Origin: Pelagibacteraceae bacterium AG-410-D23
GTDB lineage: Bacteria; Pseudomonadota; Alphaproteobacteria; Pelagibacterales; Pelagibacteraceae
Length of the DNA: 64,000 nucleotides
NCBI GenBank assembly: GCA_003215185.1
Contig: QCKR01000001.1
Span: 21,020 to 85,019, forward strand
Direction: 5' to 3'
Shown: positions 9,732 to 20,392 of the stretch, one piece after another
Position numbering within the stretch: position 1 is the first letter of the stretch
Layout: each line of letters opens with the position of its first letter
Program-made: the position numbers and the translations under genes
Notes under the pieces: model-generated
What the model was told of the DNA's origin: nothing
The model's input: the letters and a program-made list of their open reading frames with translations, nothing else
Databases searched by the model: none

Positions 9732-12587
9732 ATGTTAGTTGGTAACTATTTTAAAAATATAAATCCCAAAAACAAAAGCCATTACTTTTCTGGCCTAAGT
9801 TTTAACAGTTTAGAAGTAAAAAAAAATAATATTTTTTTTGCAATTAAAGGAACAAAAATTAATGGTAACAAATTTATTAAAAAGGCAATTAAAAATGGAG
9901 CAAAAACAGTTGTTTCCAGTTTAAGATTTCAAGGATTAAAAAATCAAGTTTTATATATAAGGGCAAAAAATTCTAGAAAAGTATTAGCAGAAGTAGCTTC
10001 TAAATTGTATAAAAACAAACCTAACAATTTAATTGCAGTTACCGGAACTAATGGAAAATCTTCAATTGTAGATTTTTATTCTCAAATTTTAAAGCTTAAT
10101 AATAAAAAAGTAGCATCAATTGGAACACTTGGTGTTAGAACACATAAAAGAAAAATAAAAATTAATAATACAACTTTAGATCCAATTTCATTAAATAATT
10201 TTTTACAAAAAATAAAACAAATGAATATTAACAATGTTATTTTAGAAGCATCAAGTCATGGTTTAAAGCAAAATAGATTAGACGGAATAGATTTTAAAAC
10301 AGGTGTTTTTACAAATTTATCTCATGACCATCTTGACTATCATAAATCATTTAAAAACTATTTAGATTCAAAACTTTTATTATTTAGAAATTTACTTAAA
10401 AAAAATTCTAATGTAGTAACTGATATTGATATTCCTGAATATAATATAATAAAAAATATTTCAAAAAAAAAGAAACATAAAATTTTTACAATCGGCTCTA
10501 AGAAAAGTAATTTAGAATTATTAAAACATAATTATAAAGATGATAAACAATTATTTCAGATAAAATATAAAAATAAAACTTATGATACTGAAGTTAATTT
10601 AGTAGGTAAAATTCAGATTAAAAATATTTTAATGGCAATGATATTGGCAGAAAAAAGCAATATAAAATTTAAAAAAATTGTTAAATCGTTGAATAAAATT
10701 AAGCATGTCAGCGGTAGGTTTGAAAAAATAGGATATTTAAAAAATAATTCTAAAGTGATTCTTGATTACGCTCATACACCAGATGCACTTGAAAAATGTT
10801 TAAAAAATTTAAAAGAACAATTTTTTAACAAAAAAATTTCAATTGTTTTTGGTTGCGGTGGAGATAGAGATAAATCCAAAAGATCACAAATGGGCAAGAT
10901 AGCAAATAAATATTGTGACAAGATATATTTGACAGATGATAATCCTAGGTTTGAAAATCCAAAAAAAATAAGATTAAAAATAAAAAAATTTATTAATAAT
11001 AGAAAATTATTTGAAAATTCAAGAAGAGAAAGAGCAATATCTAATGCAATTTCAAATTTAAATTCTGGAGAAATTTTATTAGTAGCTGGAAAAGGTCATG
11101 AGGAAAATCAAGATTACGGTTTTTTTATAAAAAAATTTTCAGACAAAAAAATTATTTTAAAATATATTAAAAAGAAAAACAAAAATTTATCTCAAAATTG
11201 GAAAACAAATATTGTAATAGAAGAAACCAATAAAAGAATACCCTTAAATTCCAAAATAAATAAGGCATCAATAAATTCTAAGGATCTTAAAAAGAATGAT
11301 ATTTTTTTTGCTATTAAAGGAAAAAAAAATAATGGAAATGCTTTTATAAAAGAATCTTTAAATAGAGGTGCGTCTTTTGTTGTTGTTAATAAAGTTAATA
11401 AATCTATAAATTTATCAAAACAATTATTAGTTAAAGATAGTTTAAAATCTTTAACTAATATTTCTGAAAAAATAAGACTTAATTCATTTTCAAATATTAT
11501 CGCAATTACTGGAAGTTGTGGAAAAACTACATTAAAAGAACTTTTAGTAAATATTTTTAAAAAAATTAGTAAAGTTTCTTATTCTCCAAAATCTTATAAT
11601 AACAAATATGGAGTACCATTAAGTTTGTTCAATATTAATAAAAACGATGATTTTGGAATTTTTGAAATAGGCATGGATAAAAAAGGAGAAATAGATTCAT
11701 TAAGCAAACTTATTAAGCCAAATGTAGGCGTTATAACAAATATTTCATATGCACATGCAAAAAATTTTAATAATTTAAATCAAATAGCACAAGCTAAATC
11801 TGAAATAATCAATAATATCAGAGAGAAAGGTTCAATGGTTTTAAATGCGGATGATAATTTTTTTTTAAAACACAAAGAACTAGCTTTAAAAAGAAACTTA
11901 AAAACTTACTCATTTAGTTTAAATAAAAAAAATGCAAATGTATATATTAAGAAAATTTATAAATTAAAAAATAAATTTAAAATTTTAGTAAGAATTGATA
12001 AAAATGAAAAATTTTTTTTCATTAATTCAATTTTTGAAAGTAATTTAAAAAATATACTTGCGGCTATAACTGTATTTTCAATTTTCAAAGATACAAGTAA
12101 ATTAGGTAGTAATATTTTTTATAATTTTAAAAATCCTGAAGGAAGAGGTGATATTTCAAAAATTAAAATAAAAAGAAAAATTATTAAATTTATTGATGAA
12201 AGTTATAATGCAAATCCTTTGTCAGTTTATTCTGCTGTAAAAAATTTTGATTTAATTGAAAAAGGTAAAAGAAAAAAAAATATAATACTTGGAGACATGT
12301 TAGAATTGGGCAAACACTCAAAAAAATTACATGAAAAACTTGCCAATGTTATAAATTCATCAAAAATAGATAATGTCCATATTTATGATGGAAAAAACAT
12401 TAAACATACTTTTAAAAAAATTACATTTAAGAAAAAAGGTTTGATTTTAAGAGATAAAAATCAAATTATTAGTTTGATTAAAAACAACATTAATAATAAT
12501 GATTATTTGATGATTAAGGGTTCAAACTCAACCGGACTTCATGAGCTATCGAGTAATTTAAAAAAAGGAAATTTTAATGCTTTATAA
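9732..12587 (+). CDS. murE: Fused MurE-MurF Mur ligase
   Basis: MurE half: GTNGKSS, DYAHTPD, FGCGGDRD, DDNPR, AGKGHE. MurF half: GSCGKTT, YNN..GVP, DESYNANP, GDMLELG, KGS. Confidence 0.95.
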   Translation: MLVGNYFKNINPKNKSHYFSGLSFNSLEVKKNNIFFAIKGTKINGNKFIKKAIKNGAKTVVSSLRFQGLKNQVLYIRAKNSRKVLAEVASKLYKNKPNNLIAVTGTNGKSSIVDFYSQILKLNNKKVASIGTLGVRTHKRKIKINNTTLDPISLNNFLQKIKQMNINNVILEASSHGLKQNRLDGIDFKTGVFTNLSHDHLDYHKSFKNYLDSKLLLFRNLLKKNSNVVTDIDIPEYNIIKNISKKKKHKIFTIGSKKSNLELLKHNYKDDKQLFQIKYKNKTYDTEVNLVGKIQIKNILMAMILAEKSNIKFKKIVKSLNKIKHVSGRFEKIGYLKNNSKVILDYAHTPDALEKCLKNLKEQFFNKKISIVFGCGGDRDKSKRSQMGKIANKYCDKIYLTDDNPRFENPKKIRLKIKKFINNRKLFENSRRERAISNAISNLNSGEILLVAGKGHEENQDYGFFIKKFSDKKIILKYIKKKNKNLSQNWKTNIVIEETNKRIPLNSKINKASINSKDLKKNDIFFAIKGKKNNGNAFIKESLNRGASFVVVNKVNKSINLSKQLLVKDSLKSLTNISEKIRLNSFSNIIAITGSCGKTTLKELLVNIFKKISKVSYSPKSYNNKYGVPLSLFNINKNDDFGIFEIGMDKKGEIDSLSKLIKPNVGVITNISYAHAKNFNNLNQIAQAKSEIINNIREKGSMVLNADDNFFLKHKELALKRNLKTYSFSLNKKNANVYIKKIYKLKNKFKILVRIDKNEKFFFINSIFESNLKNILAAITVFSIFKDTSKLGSNIFYNFKNPEGRGDISKIKIKRKIIKFIDESYNANPLSVYSAVKNFDLIEKGKRKKNIILGDMLELGKHSKKLHEKLANVINSSKIDNVHIYDGKNIKHTFKKITFKKKGLILRDKNQIISLIKNNINNNDYLMIKGSNSTGLHELSSNLKKGNFNAL

Positions 12588-13662
12588 GCTTCTATTAAAT
12601 TATGTAGACATTTTTTCTTTCTTAAATGTTTTTAAATATTTAACTGTAAGAACAGGTTTAGCAATGTTTACATCTATGATTGTGGTATTTTTAGTAGGGA
12701 CACCTTTCATAAATTTTTTTTCAACAAAAAAAATCACCAACCCAATTAGAGAAGATGGACCTAATGATCATATAGTAAAAAAAATTGGAACACCTACAAT
12801 GGGAGGTGTTCTTATTCTTTTGGGTTTATTTTCGGGAACTTTATTATGGGGAAATTTATCTAGTCCATATATATGGACACTAATATTTGTTGTTGCTGGC
12901 TTTGGATTATTAGGAGCATATGATGATTACAAGAAAATTAAATTAAATGACTCATCTGGAGTTTCATTTAAATTTAAAATAACAATTCAGGTTATAATCG
13001 CTGTTTTAGGCACTCTTATACTAATTAATTTTTCGGACCATTCTGATTTAGAATATTTATATTTTCCATTTTTTAAAAATTTATTCATAAATCTTGGTTG
13101 GTTTTTTATTCCTTTTGCGGCTTTTATAATTGTTGGATCTTCCAATGCAGTTAATTTAACTGATGGATTGGATGGTTTAGCTACAGTTCCAGTGATTCTC
13201 GTAGCATCGTGCTTTGCTTTTATAAGTTATGTTACAGGCAATATTGTTTTTTCAGAATATCTTCAAATTCCCTATATTGAAGGAGTTGGTGAAATAGCTG
13301 TTTTTTTAGGATCAATCATTGGAGCATGTCTTGGATTTTTGTGGTTTAATGCGCCACCAGCTAAAATATTTATGGGTGATACAGGTTCACTGGCATTAGG
13401 AGGATCTTTAGGAGCAGTGAGTATTATTACAAAGCATGAAATAGTTTTAGCTATTACAGGGGGTTTATTTGTATTAGAGGCGGTATCTGTAATTGTTCAA
13501 GTTTTATCTTTTAAATTAACTGGAAAAAGAATTTTTAAAATGGCTCCTATTCATCATCATTTTGAAAAAAAAGGCTGGCCTGAGTCAACTGTTGTTATTA
13601 GATTTTGGATTATATCAATAATTTTAGCAATGATTGGTCTTGCTACTTTAAAATTAAGATAA
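12577..13662 (+). CDS. mraY: Phospho-N-acetylmuramoyl-pentapeptide transferase
   Basis: GTPTMGG, NAVNLTDGLDGLA, FMGDTGSL, MAPIHHHFE. Confidence 0.98.
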   Translation: MLYKLLLNYVDIFSFLNVFKYLTVRTGLAMFTSMIVVFLVGTPFINFFSTKKITNPIREDGPNDHIVKKIGTPTMGGVLILLGLFSGTLLWGNLSSPYIWTLIFVVAGFGLLGAYDDYKKIKLNDSSGVSFKFKITIQVIIAVLGTLILINFSDHSDLEYLYFPFFKNLFINLGWFFIPFAAFIIVGSSNAVNLTDGLDGLATVPVILVASCFAFISYVTGNIVFSEYLQIPYIEGVGEIAVFLGSIIGACLGFLWFNAPPAKIFMGDTGSLALGGSLGAVSIITKHEIVLAITGGLFVLEAVSVIVQVLSFKLTGKRIFKMAPIHHHFEKKGWPESTVVIRFWIISIILAMIGLATLKLR

Positions 13663-14957
13663 TGAATCTTTCAAACAAGGTTTTTTACAAAAAAAAAATA
13701 TTAATTTATGGCATGGGGAAAACTGGCTTTTCTAGTTTTAATTTTTTAAAAAAAAATAATCAAATATTCTTATATGATGATAATAAGAAAATATTTAGAA
13801 AAAAACGTTTAAAATTTTTTTTTTTAAAAAAAACTGATTTATTAAAAAGCAAATTTGATTATATTGTTATTAGTCCTGGAATAAATATTAATAATTGTTC
13901 TTTAAAAAATTATCTTAAAAAAAATACAAAAAAAATTGTGACAGATCTTGATATATTTTATAGTCACTATTCAAAAAATAAAATTATTACAATTACAGGT
14001 ACCAATGGAAAGTCAACAACAGCAAAACTCTTAAGTTTAATACTAAAAGAACACAAAAAAGACTCTAGGTTGTGCGGAAATATAGGTAATCCAATTTTAT
14101 TAGAGAAAAAAATATCTAAAAAAACTATATTTGTTATAGAAGCTTCTTCTTATCAAATAGATTACAGTAAATTATTTAAAACAAATTATGCTATTATTTT
14201 AAATATTTCTCCAGATCATTTAGAAAGACATAATTCAATTAAAAATTATGTTAATGCAAAATTTAAACTAGTGCAAAATCAATCAAAAAATGATTTTGCT
14301 TATATGAATACTAAAGATAAATATTTAAAACACAAAATAAGAGAGAGAAGAATTTTTTCAAAAATTATTAATGTAAATTTGAAATTAGATAATCATTTTA
14401 AACGAAAAATTAAAAACCCACATTTTTTAACTCAAGGCAATCAAGAAAATCTATCTTTTATTTTTTCTATAGGAAAAAAATTAAATTTAAAAAATAAAAA
14501 AATTTTTAAAGCAGTTAATAAATTTAAAGGTTTAAAGTATAGACAAGAAATAATTTATAAAAATAATAAAATTACTATTATAAACGATTCAAAATCTACA
14601 AGTTTTGCATCATCAATTAATATTCTCAAGTCGTTAAAAAGAGTGTTATGGATAGTAGGAGGTATGTCAAAAAAAGGAGACAAGTTCATATTGCAAAAAA
14701 AACAATGCCGTAATATTAAAGCTTACATTTATGGAAAAAAAAGAAATTTTTTTATTAATCAATTTAATAATAAATTATCATATTGTTGTTATAAAAATTT
14801 AAATATTGCAGTTAAGCAAGCAATGATTGATGTTAGAAATAACAATTTAAATACAACTATTTTGTTCAGTCCCGCAGCAGCTTCTTTTGATAATTTTAAA
14901 AATTTTGAGGAACGAGGAAAATATTTTAATTTATTAATGAAAAAGTATAATTTTTAA
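13662..14957 (+). CDS. murD: UDP-MurNAc-L-Ala-D-Glu ligase
   Basis: SPGI, GTNGKSTT, GNIG, DHLERH, NDSKST, SPAAASFD; start set at the ATG overlapping the mraY stop. Confidence 0.95.
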   Translation: MNLSNKVFYKKKILIYGMGKTGFSSFNFLKKNNQIFLYDDNKKIFRKKRLKFFFLKKTDLLKSKFDYIVISPGININNCSLKNYLKKNTKKIVTDLDIFYSHYSKNKIITITGTNGKSTTAKLLSLILKEHKKDSRLCGNIGNPILLEKKISKKTIFVIEASSYQIDYSKLFKTNYAIILNISPDHLERHNSIKNYVNAKFKLVQNQSKNDFAYMNTKDKYLKHKIRERRIFSKIINVNLKLDNHFKRKIKNPHFLTQGNQENLSFIFSIGKKLNLKNKKIFKAVNKFKGLKYRQEIIYKNNKITIINDSKSTSFASSINILKSLKRVLWIVGGMSKKGDKFILQKKQCRNIKAYIYGKKRNFFINQFNNKLSYCCYKNLNIAVKQAMIDVRNNNLNTTILFSPAAASFDNFKNFEERGKYFNLLMKKYNF

Positions 14958-14967
14958 AAAGTATTTA

Positions 14968-16095
14968 ATGCTATCAAATAATTTAATTTCTAAATATTAT
15001 TATAATTGGTGGAAAAACATTAATAAAACTGTATTTGTTATAATAGTAATACTATTTGGTTTGGGTTTATTTTTTTCTCTTGCTTCCACATCTTTAATTG
15101 CATCAGATAACTTAAATACAAACAGTTACCACTTTTTTTTAAAGCATCTGTTATTTATATTGATGGGAGTTTTTTTTATAATTTATTTTTCATCTTTAAG
15201 TCAAAATGATTTAATTAAAGTTTCTAAATTTTTATTTATTTTTTTTTTAATTTTATTAATCTTAGTTCCTTTTTTAGGAGTTGAAGTAAAAGGATCAAAA
15301 AGATGGTTGGATCTGCCCTTTTTACCAAGGTTTCAACCAGTAGAACTTTTAAAACCTTTTTTAATTATTGTCCTTTCAAAAGTATTGAGTCATGAAAATA
15401 GCAAGGGAATTTATTATAAATACTTTTTAAGCTTTTTGATAATAATACCGGTTATATTACTTTTAGTTACACAGCCAGATATTGGACAAAGTTTGTTAAC
15501 TTTTCTTATGTGGTTAAGCTTAATTTTTGTATCAGGAATAAATTTAATAATATTTTTTATATTTTTTGGATTAGTAATACTTTCTTTAATTTTTTTAATT
15601 TATATTTTTCCAAATAAGTTTGGATATATTATTATTAGATTAAAATCTTTTTTTGATCCTAGTTCAGGAAATAATTATCAATCTGAAAAAGCATCTGAAG
15701 CTATCATTAGTGGTGGATTTTTTGGAAAAGGAATAGGTGAAGGCACATTAAAGAATCGAGTTCCTGAAGCCCATACTGACTATATAGTTTCAGTGATTTC
15801 AGAAGAATTTGGAGTTTTGTTTATAATAATATTAATGATGATTTTTTTGTTTTTTGTTTATCAAGTATTTAAAAAATTATATTCTGAAAATAACAACCAA
15901 ATAAAACTAATTCTTGTGGGTTCAATTTCAATTATACTTTTACAAGCGCTTATTCATATAGGTGTAAACATTAGGTTATTTCCAACAACTGGAATGACAT
16001 TACCTTTTATAAGTTATGGAGGCTCTTCTATTATAGGCACTTCTATTATATCGGGTATTATTTTAAATTTAACTAAAAGAAGAATTGTTTTTTAA
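14968..16095 (+). CDS. ftsW: SEDS peptidoglycan polymerase FtsW
   Basis: GSKRW, QPDIG, PEAHTD, GMTLPFISYGGSS. Confidence 0.95.
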   Translation: MLSNNLISKYYYNWWKNINKTVFVIIVILFGLGLFFSLASTSLIASDNLNTNSYHFFLKHLLFILMGVFFIIYFSSLSQNDLIKVSKFLFIFFLILLILVPFLGVEVKGSKRWLDLPFLPRFQPVELLKPFLIIVLSKVLSHENSKGIYYKYFLSFLIIIPVILLLVTQPDIGQSLLTFLMWLSLIFVSGINLIIFFIFFGLVILSLIFLIYIFPNKFGYIIIRLKSFFDPSSGNNYQSEKASEAIISGGFFGKGIGEGTLKNRVPEAHTDYIVSVISEEFGVLFIIILMMIFLFFVYQVFKKLYSENNNQIKLILVGSISIILLQALIHIGVNIRLFPTTGMTLPFISYGGSSIIGTSIISGIILNLTKRRIVF

Positions 16096-17172
16096 ATGAA
16101 AAAAAAAATTTTAATTAGTAGCGGAGGTTCAGGTGGGCACGTTATCCCAGCAATTACATTTTATGACCACCTAAAAGAAAATTATGAAGTATTTTTAACT
16201 TTAGATAAAAGAGGTAGCAAATTTATTAATGAAAAAAAATATGATTTTGAAATTATCTCATCCCCACGTTTATCATTTAATATTATACAACTGCCTTTTA
16301 CTTTAATAATGTTGATTATCTCAATTATAAAATCAATTTTTTTTTTAAAAAAAAAAAATATAAACATCTTAATAGGAACCGGTGGCTATATGTCAGTTCC
16401 AGTTTGTATAGCAGCAAAGATGTTAAATATTACAATTTATCTTTTTGAACCAAATATGGTTATAGGTAGAGCAAACAAATTTTTAGCAAAATTTAGTAAA
16501 AAGATATTTTGTTATTCAAAAGAGATTATTAATTTCTCAGAAAAAGAAAAAAGTAAAATAGTAATCATTGATACTTTGCTTAGAAAAGAGATATATAATT
16601 TAAATAATTATACCAAAGAAGAAATTAACAATAAAATAAATCTTTTAATCATTGGGGGCAGTCAAGGAGCAAAACTTTTTGATCAAAAAATAAAAAAATC
16701 TATTCTTGATTTATCAAAAAAGTATAAATTAATGGTTTATCACCAGGCTAGTTCTTTAGATTTGAGTGATTTAAAATTTTTTTATAGTGAAAACAATATT
16801 GCAATTAAGCTATTTAATTTCGAGGAAAATATTTTTGAATATTTAAAAGAGGCAAATTTAGCAATAACACGAGCAGGGGCCTCCACTTTATCAGAGCTAA
16901 CTTTTTTTAGAGTACCTTTTATAGCAATCCCATATAGATTTGCCACAGATAATCATCAGTTAGAAAATGCTATAAATTACCAAAAAAAAGATTGCTGTTG
17001 GATTTTTGAAGAAAAAGAATTTGACCAAAATAAATTAACTACACTTTTAATAAATATTATTGAAAATAAAGAAGATTATCTAAACAAAAAAAAAAATTTA
17101 GAAAAAATTAGTTACCAAAATACCTGGAATAATATAAATGAAAAAATAATAAGTTCTATAAATGAAAATTGA
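16096..17172 (+). CDS. murG: Lipid I GlcNAc transferase MurG
   Basis: GGSGGHV, GGYMS, GGSQGA, RAGAST, HQLENA. Confidence 0.95.
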   Translation: MKKKILISSGGSGGHVIPAITFYDHLKENYEVFLTLDKRGSKFINEKKYDFEIISSPRLSFNIIQLPFTLIMLIISIIKSIFFLKKKNINILIGTGGYMSVPVCIAAKMLNITIYLFEPNMVIGRANKFLAKFSKKIFCYSKEIINFSEKEKSKIVIIDTLLRKEIYNLNNYTKEEINNKINLLIIGGSQGAKLFDQKIKKSILDLSKKYKLMVYHQASSLDLSDLKFFYSENNIAIKLFNFEENIFEYLKEANLAITRAGASTLSELTFFRVPFIAIPYRFATDNHQLENAINYQKKDCCWIFEEKEFDQNKLTTLLINIIENKEDYLNKKKNLEKISYQNTWNNINEKIISSINEN

Positions 17173-18559
17173 GTTAGCAAAAACTGAGATAATACATTTC
17201 GTAGGCATAGGAGGCATAGGCATGAGCGGCCTTGCTCTTATTATGAAAGGTTTAGGTTTTAAAGTTCAGGGAAGTGATATTTTTTTGAACAAAAATATTG
17301 AAAGATTAAAAAAAAATAAAATTAAAGTTTATATAAACCACAATAAAAAAAATATTAACAATTCAACTATTTTAGTAATCTCATCAGCAATTAAAAAATC
17401 TAATCCAGAAATATTAATAGCTAAAAAAAAAAAAATTCCAATTTATAAAAGAGGTGAGATGCTTGCTCACGTAGTTTCTTTGTTAAAAAGAAATATTGTG
17501 GTCGCCGGATCTCATGGCAAGACAACTACCACATCACTCGTATCAGCCATTTTTTCTAAAACTAGATTAGACCCCACTATTATTAATGGTGGGGTTTTAA
17601 ATTCTTTTAATAATTCTGCTAAACTTGGAAAAAGTGATTGGTGCATTTTAGAGTCGGATGAATCAGATGGCAGCTTTATTAAGGTGTCACCCACATATTC
17701 AATAATAACCAATATTGATCAGGAGCATATGGATTATTATAAATCTATGAATAGTTTAAAGGAATTATTTATTAAATTTGTAGAAAAAACACCATCATTT
17801 GGAAAATCTTTTATTTGTTTGGACGATAAAAATAATAGAGAAATAATTAAAAAAATAAAAATAAAAAATTTTCATACTTATGGAATTAACAAAAATTCTC
17901 AATTTTGCATAAAAAATATTTTACAATTAAAAGAATATTCTAAATTTAATATTGAAATAAGTTTGCCAGGTAAAAAAAAATATAAGATTAAAAACATTAA
18001 AATTCCTCTACTTGGGCTGCATAACATTAGAAATGCAACAGCAGCAGTAGCTGTTGCTTCTACCATTGGAATATCCACAAAAATAATTAAACAAGCTCTT
18101 AAGGAATTTAAAGGAGTCCAAAGAAGGTTTAATAAAATATTTACTTTCAAAGAAACTATTTTTTTTGATGATTATGCTCACCATCCAACAGAAATAACAC
18201 AACTTTTAAATGGAGTTAGACAATCTTATAAAAAAGAAAAAATTATTTGTGTATTTCAACCTCATAGAATATCAAGAATTAATAATTTAAAAAAAGAATT
18301 TAGTTATTCATTTAAAAAAGCAAACAATGTAATTCTTTGTCCTGTTTTTTCTGCAGGAGAAAAACTAAAATTAAATTTTAGCTATCTTGATTTCGCAAAA
18401 AAGATAATAAGAAATTCTAAAGTAAATGTTTTTTTGGTTAAAAATGAATCACAATTAGCAAAATATGTAAAACAAAATATTTATGGAAAAAAAATTGTTA
18501 TTGGTATGGGAGCAGGCTCAATATCAAATTGGATTAGAAACTTACCAAAATTATTATAA
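17162..18559 (+). CDS. murC: UDP-MurNAc-L-alanine ligase
   Basis: HFVGIGGIGMSGLA, GSHGKTTTT, DESDGSF, DDYAHHPTEI. Confidence 0.98.
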   Translation: MKIELAKTEIIHFVGIGGIGMSGLALIMKGLGFKVQGSDIFLNKNIERLKKNKIKVYINHNKKNINNSTILVISSAIKKSNPEILIAKKKKIPIYKRGEMLAHVVSLLKRNIVVAGSHGKTTTTSLVSAIFSKTRLDPTIINGGVLNSFNNSAKLGKSDWCILESDESDGSFIKVSPTYSIITNIDQEHMDYYKSMNSLKELFIKFVEKTPSFGKSFICLDDKNNREIIKKIKIKNFHTYGINKNSQFCIKNILQLKEYSKFNIEISLPGKKKYKIKNIKIPLLGLHNIRNATAAVAVASTIGISTKIIKQALKEFKGVQRRFNKIFTFKETIFFDDYAHHPTEITQLLNGVRQSYKKEKIICVFQPHRISRINNLKKEFSYSFKKANNVILCPVFSAGEKLKLNFSYLDFAKKIIRNSKVNVFLVKNESQLAKYVKQNIYGKKIVIGMGAGSISNWIRNLPKLL

Positions 18560-19467
18560 TGCAAATTGATAATTTAAAGAAATTTTCAGAACAAAGTATT
18601 GGTAAATTATTTTTTGATTACGATTTAAAAAAAACAAATTGGTTTAATATTGGTGGAAAAGCTAAAGCTTTTTTTAAACCAGAAAATTTAAACGATTTAG
18701 TAAACTTTATAAAAAATTTTGGCAAAAAAGAAAAAATTTTCATATTAGGCTTAGGTTCAAATATTCTAATTAAAGATAAAGGTTATGATGGTGTTGTTGT
18801 TAAATTAGGAAAAAATTTTTCAAATATTTCTTTATTACCTAACAAGACTATTATTGCAGGAAGTTCCACAATGGATAAAAAAGTTGCAGAATTTGCTTCA
18901 GAGAATTCAGTTGGTGGCTTAGAATTTTTATCTTGCATTCCTGGAAGTATAGGCGGAGGTATTAGAATGAATTCAGGCTGCTATGGGACAGAATTTAAAG
19001 ATGTATTATTGTCAGTCCAAGCAATAGATAGAACGGGAAAAGTGTTAACAATTCCATCATCAAGCATTAATTTTAAATATAGAACAAATGATTTGTCTAA
19101 AGATTTAATATTTTTGAGCGCATCATTTAAGGGAGAACACAAAGATAAAAATATAGTAAAAAAAAACATAGAAATTTTAAAAGCAAAAAAAGAAGAAACA
19201 CAACCAATGCGAGTTAAGACTGGAGGAAGTACTTTTAAAAATCCAACTAACAATACTAATAAAAAAGTTTGGGAATTAATTAGAGCCTCTGTACCAGAAA
19301 GTACATCTTTTGGTGATGCCACTATATCTACAAAACATTCTAATTTTTTTGTAAATAAAAACAATGCTACTTTTAACGATATGAAAAAATTAATAGATCA
19401 TGTCAAAGATAAGGTAAAAGAAAAGACAGGTATAAATTTAGATCTTGAAATAGAAATTGTTGGGTAA
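18559..19467 (+). CDS. murB: UDP-N-acetylenolpyruvoylglucosamine reductase
   Basis: GLGSN, IPGSIGG..RMNSG, GGSTFKNP, KHSNF. Confidence 0.96.
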   Translation: MQIDNLKKFSEQSIGKLFFDYDLKKTNWFNIGGKAKAFFKPENLNDLVNFIKNFGKKEKIFILGLGSNILIKDKGYDGVVVKLGKNFSNISLLPNKTIIAGSSTMDKKVAEFASENSVGGLEFLSCIPGSIGGGIRMNSGCYGTEFKDVLLSVQAIDRTGKVLTIPSSSINFKYRTNDLSKDLIFLSASFKGEHKDKNIVKKNIEILKAKKEETQPMRVKTGGSTFKNPTNNTNKKVWELIRASVPESTSFGDATISTKHSNFFVNKNNATFNDMKKLIDHVKDKVKEKTGINLDLEIEIVG

Positions 19468-19471
19468 AATT

Positions 19472-20392
19472 ATGAAAAAAATTTTAATTTTAGGTGGAGG
19501 CTTTTCCAAAGAACGCGCCATAAGTTTAGTGACAGCAGACAGTGTACTAAAAGCATTAAAAAAAAAAAATTACGAAGCAATTGTCTGTGAACCAGATGGA
19601 AATTTAATAAAAAAAATTAAAAGTTATAAGCCAAGCGTTGTTTTTAATGCATTGCATGGAAGATTCGGTGAGGATGGTTATATTCAAATGATATTGGAAG
19701 CAGCCAAAGTAAAATATACTCACTCTGGGGTTGTGGCGTCTTACATTGCTATGGATAAAGAAATTTCTAAAAAAATATTTATAAAAAATAAAATAAGAGT
19801 ACCTAAATATCTAAAATATAAATTAAACAAGAAAAATTTATTCAATAAAAAAATTATTTTAAAAGTTAAAAAAAAATTAAAATTTCCAGTTGTAATAAAA
19901 CCAAAAAATGAAGGATCAAGTGTTAATGTTTATATATGTAGTGAAAAAAATTTTATTAAAAATTTGAAAAGATTATCTTTATATAATGAAGTATTAATAG
20001 AAGAATATATTGGAGGTAGAGAGATACAAGTTGCAATTTTGGGAAAAAAAAAATTGGGAGCAATTGAACTGCAACCAAAAAGAAGATTTTATGATTATGA
20101 AGCAAAGTATAGTTCTAAGGCTGCAACAAAACACATAATACCAGTGGAAATAGATAAAAGAGATTTAAACAAAGTTATGAATATTGCTCTAAAAGCACAC
20201 AATTTAATTGGATGCAGAGGAGTGACTAGATCAGATTTTAAATTTTATAAAGGTAAGTTCTATTTGTTAGAAATAAATACGCAACCAGGTATGACAAATT
20301 TGTCTTTGGTTCCAGAAATAGCAGCATATTCGGGTATGAATTTTATAAATTTAATTGAATGGATGTTGAAAGATGCTTCAATTAAAAGATAG
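19472..20392 (+). CDS. ddl: D-alanine--D-alanine ligase
   Basis: GGFSKERAIS, LHGRFGEDG, EGSS, YDYEAKY, LEINTQPGMT. Confidence 0.96.
   Translation: MKKILILGGGFSKERAISLVTADSVLKALKKKNYEAIVCEPDGNLIKKIKSYKPSVVFNALHGRFGEDGYIQMILEAAKVKYTHSGVVASYIAMDKEISKKIFIKNKIRVPKYLKYKLNKKNLFNKKIILKVKKKLKFPVVIKPKNEGSSVNVYICSEKNFIKNLKRLSLYNEVLIEEYIGGREIQVAILGKKKLGAIELQPKRRFYDYEAKYSSKAATKHIIPVEIDKRDLNKVMNIALKAHNLIGCRGVTRSDFKFYKGKFYLLEINTQPGMTNLSLVPEIAAYSGMNFINLIEWMLKDASIKR

Noticed and set aside
9828-11322. Near-identical ATATTTTTTTTGC(A/T)ATTAAAGGAA at about 9829 and 11299
   Set aside because: Encodes the homologous IFFAIKG motif of the MurE and MurF N-terminal domains; not a DNA repeat element.
16337-16358. T10-A12 run in murG and similar homopolymers as phase-variation tracts
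   Set aside because: In-frame Phe/Lys codons in an essential gene; expected at this AT content.
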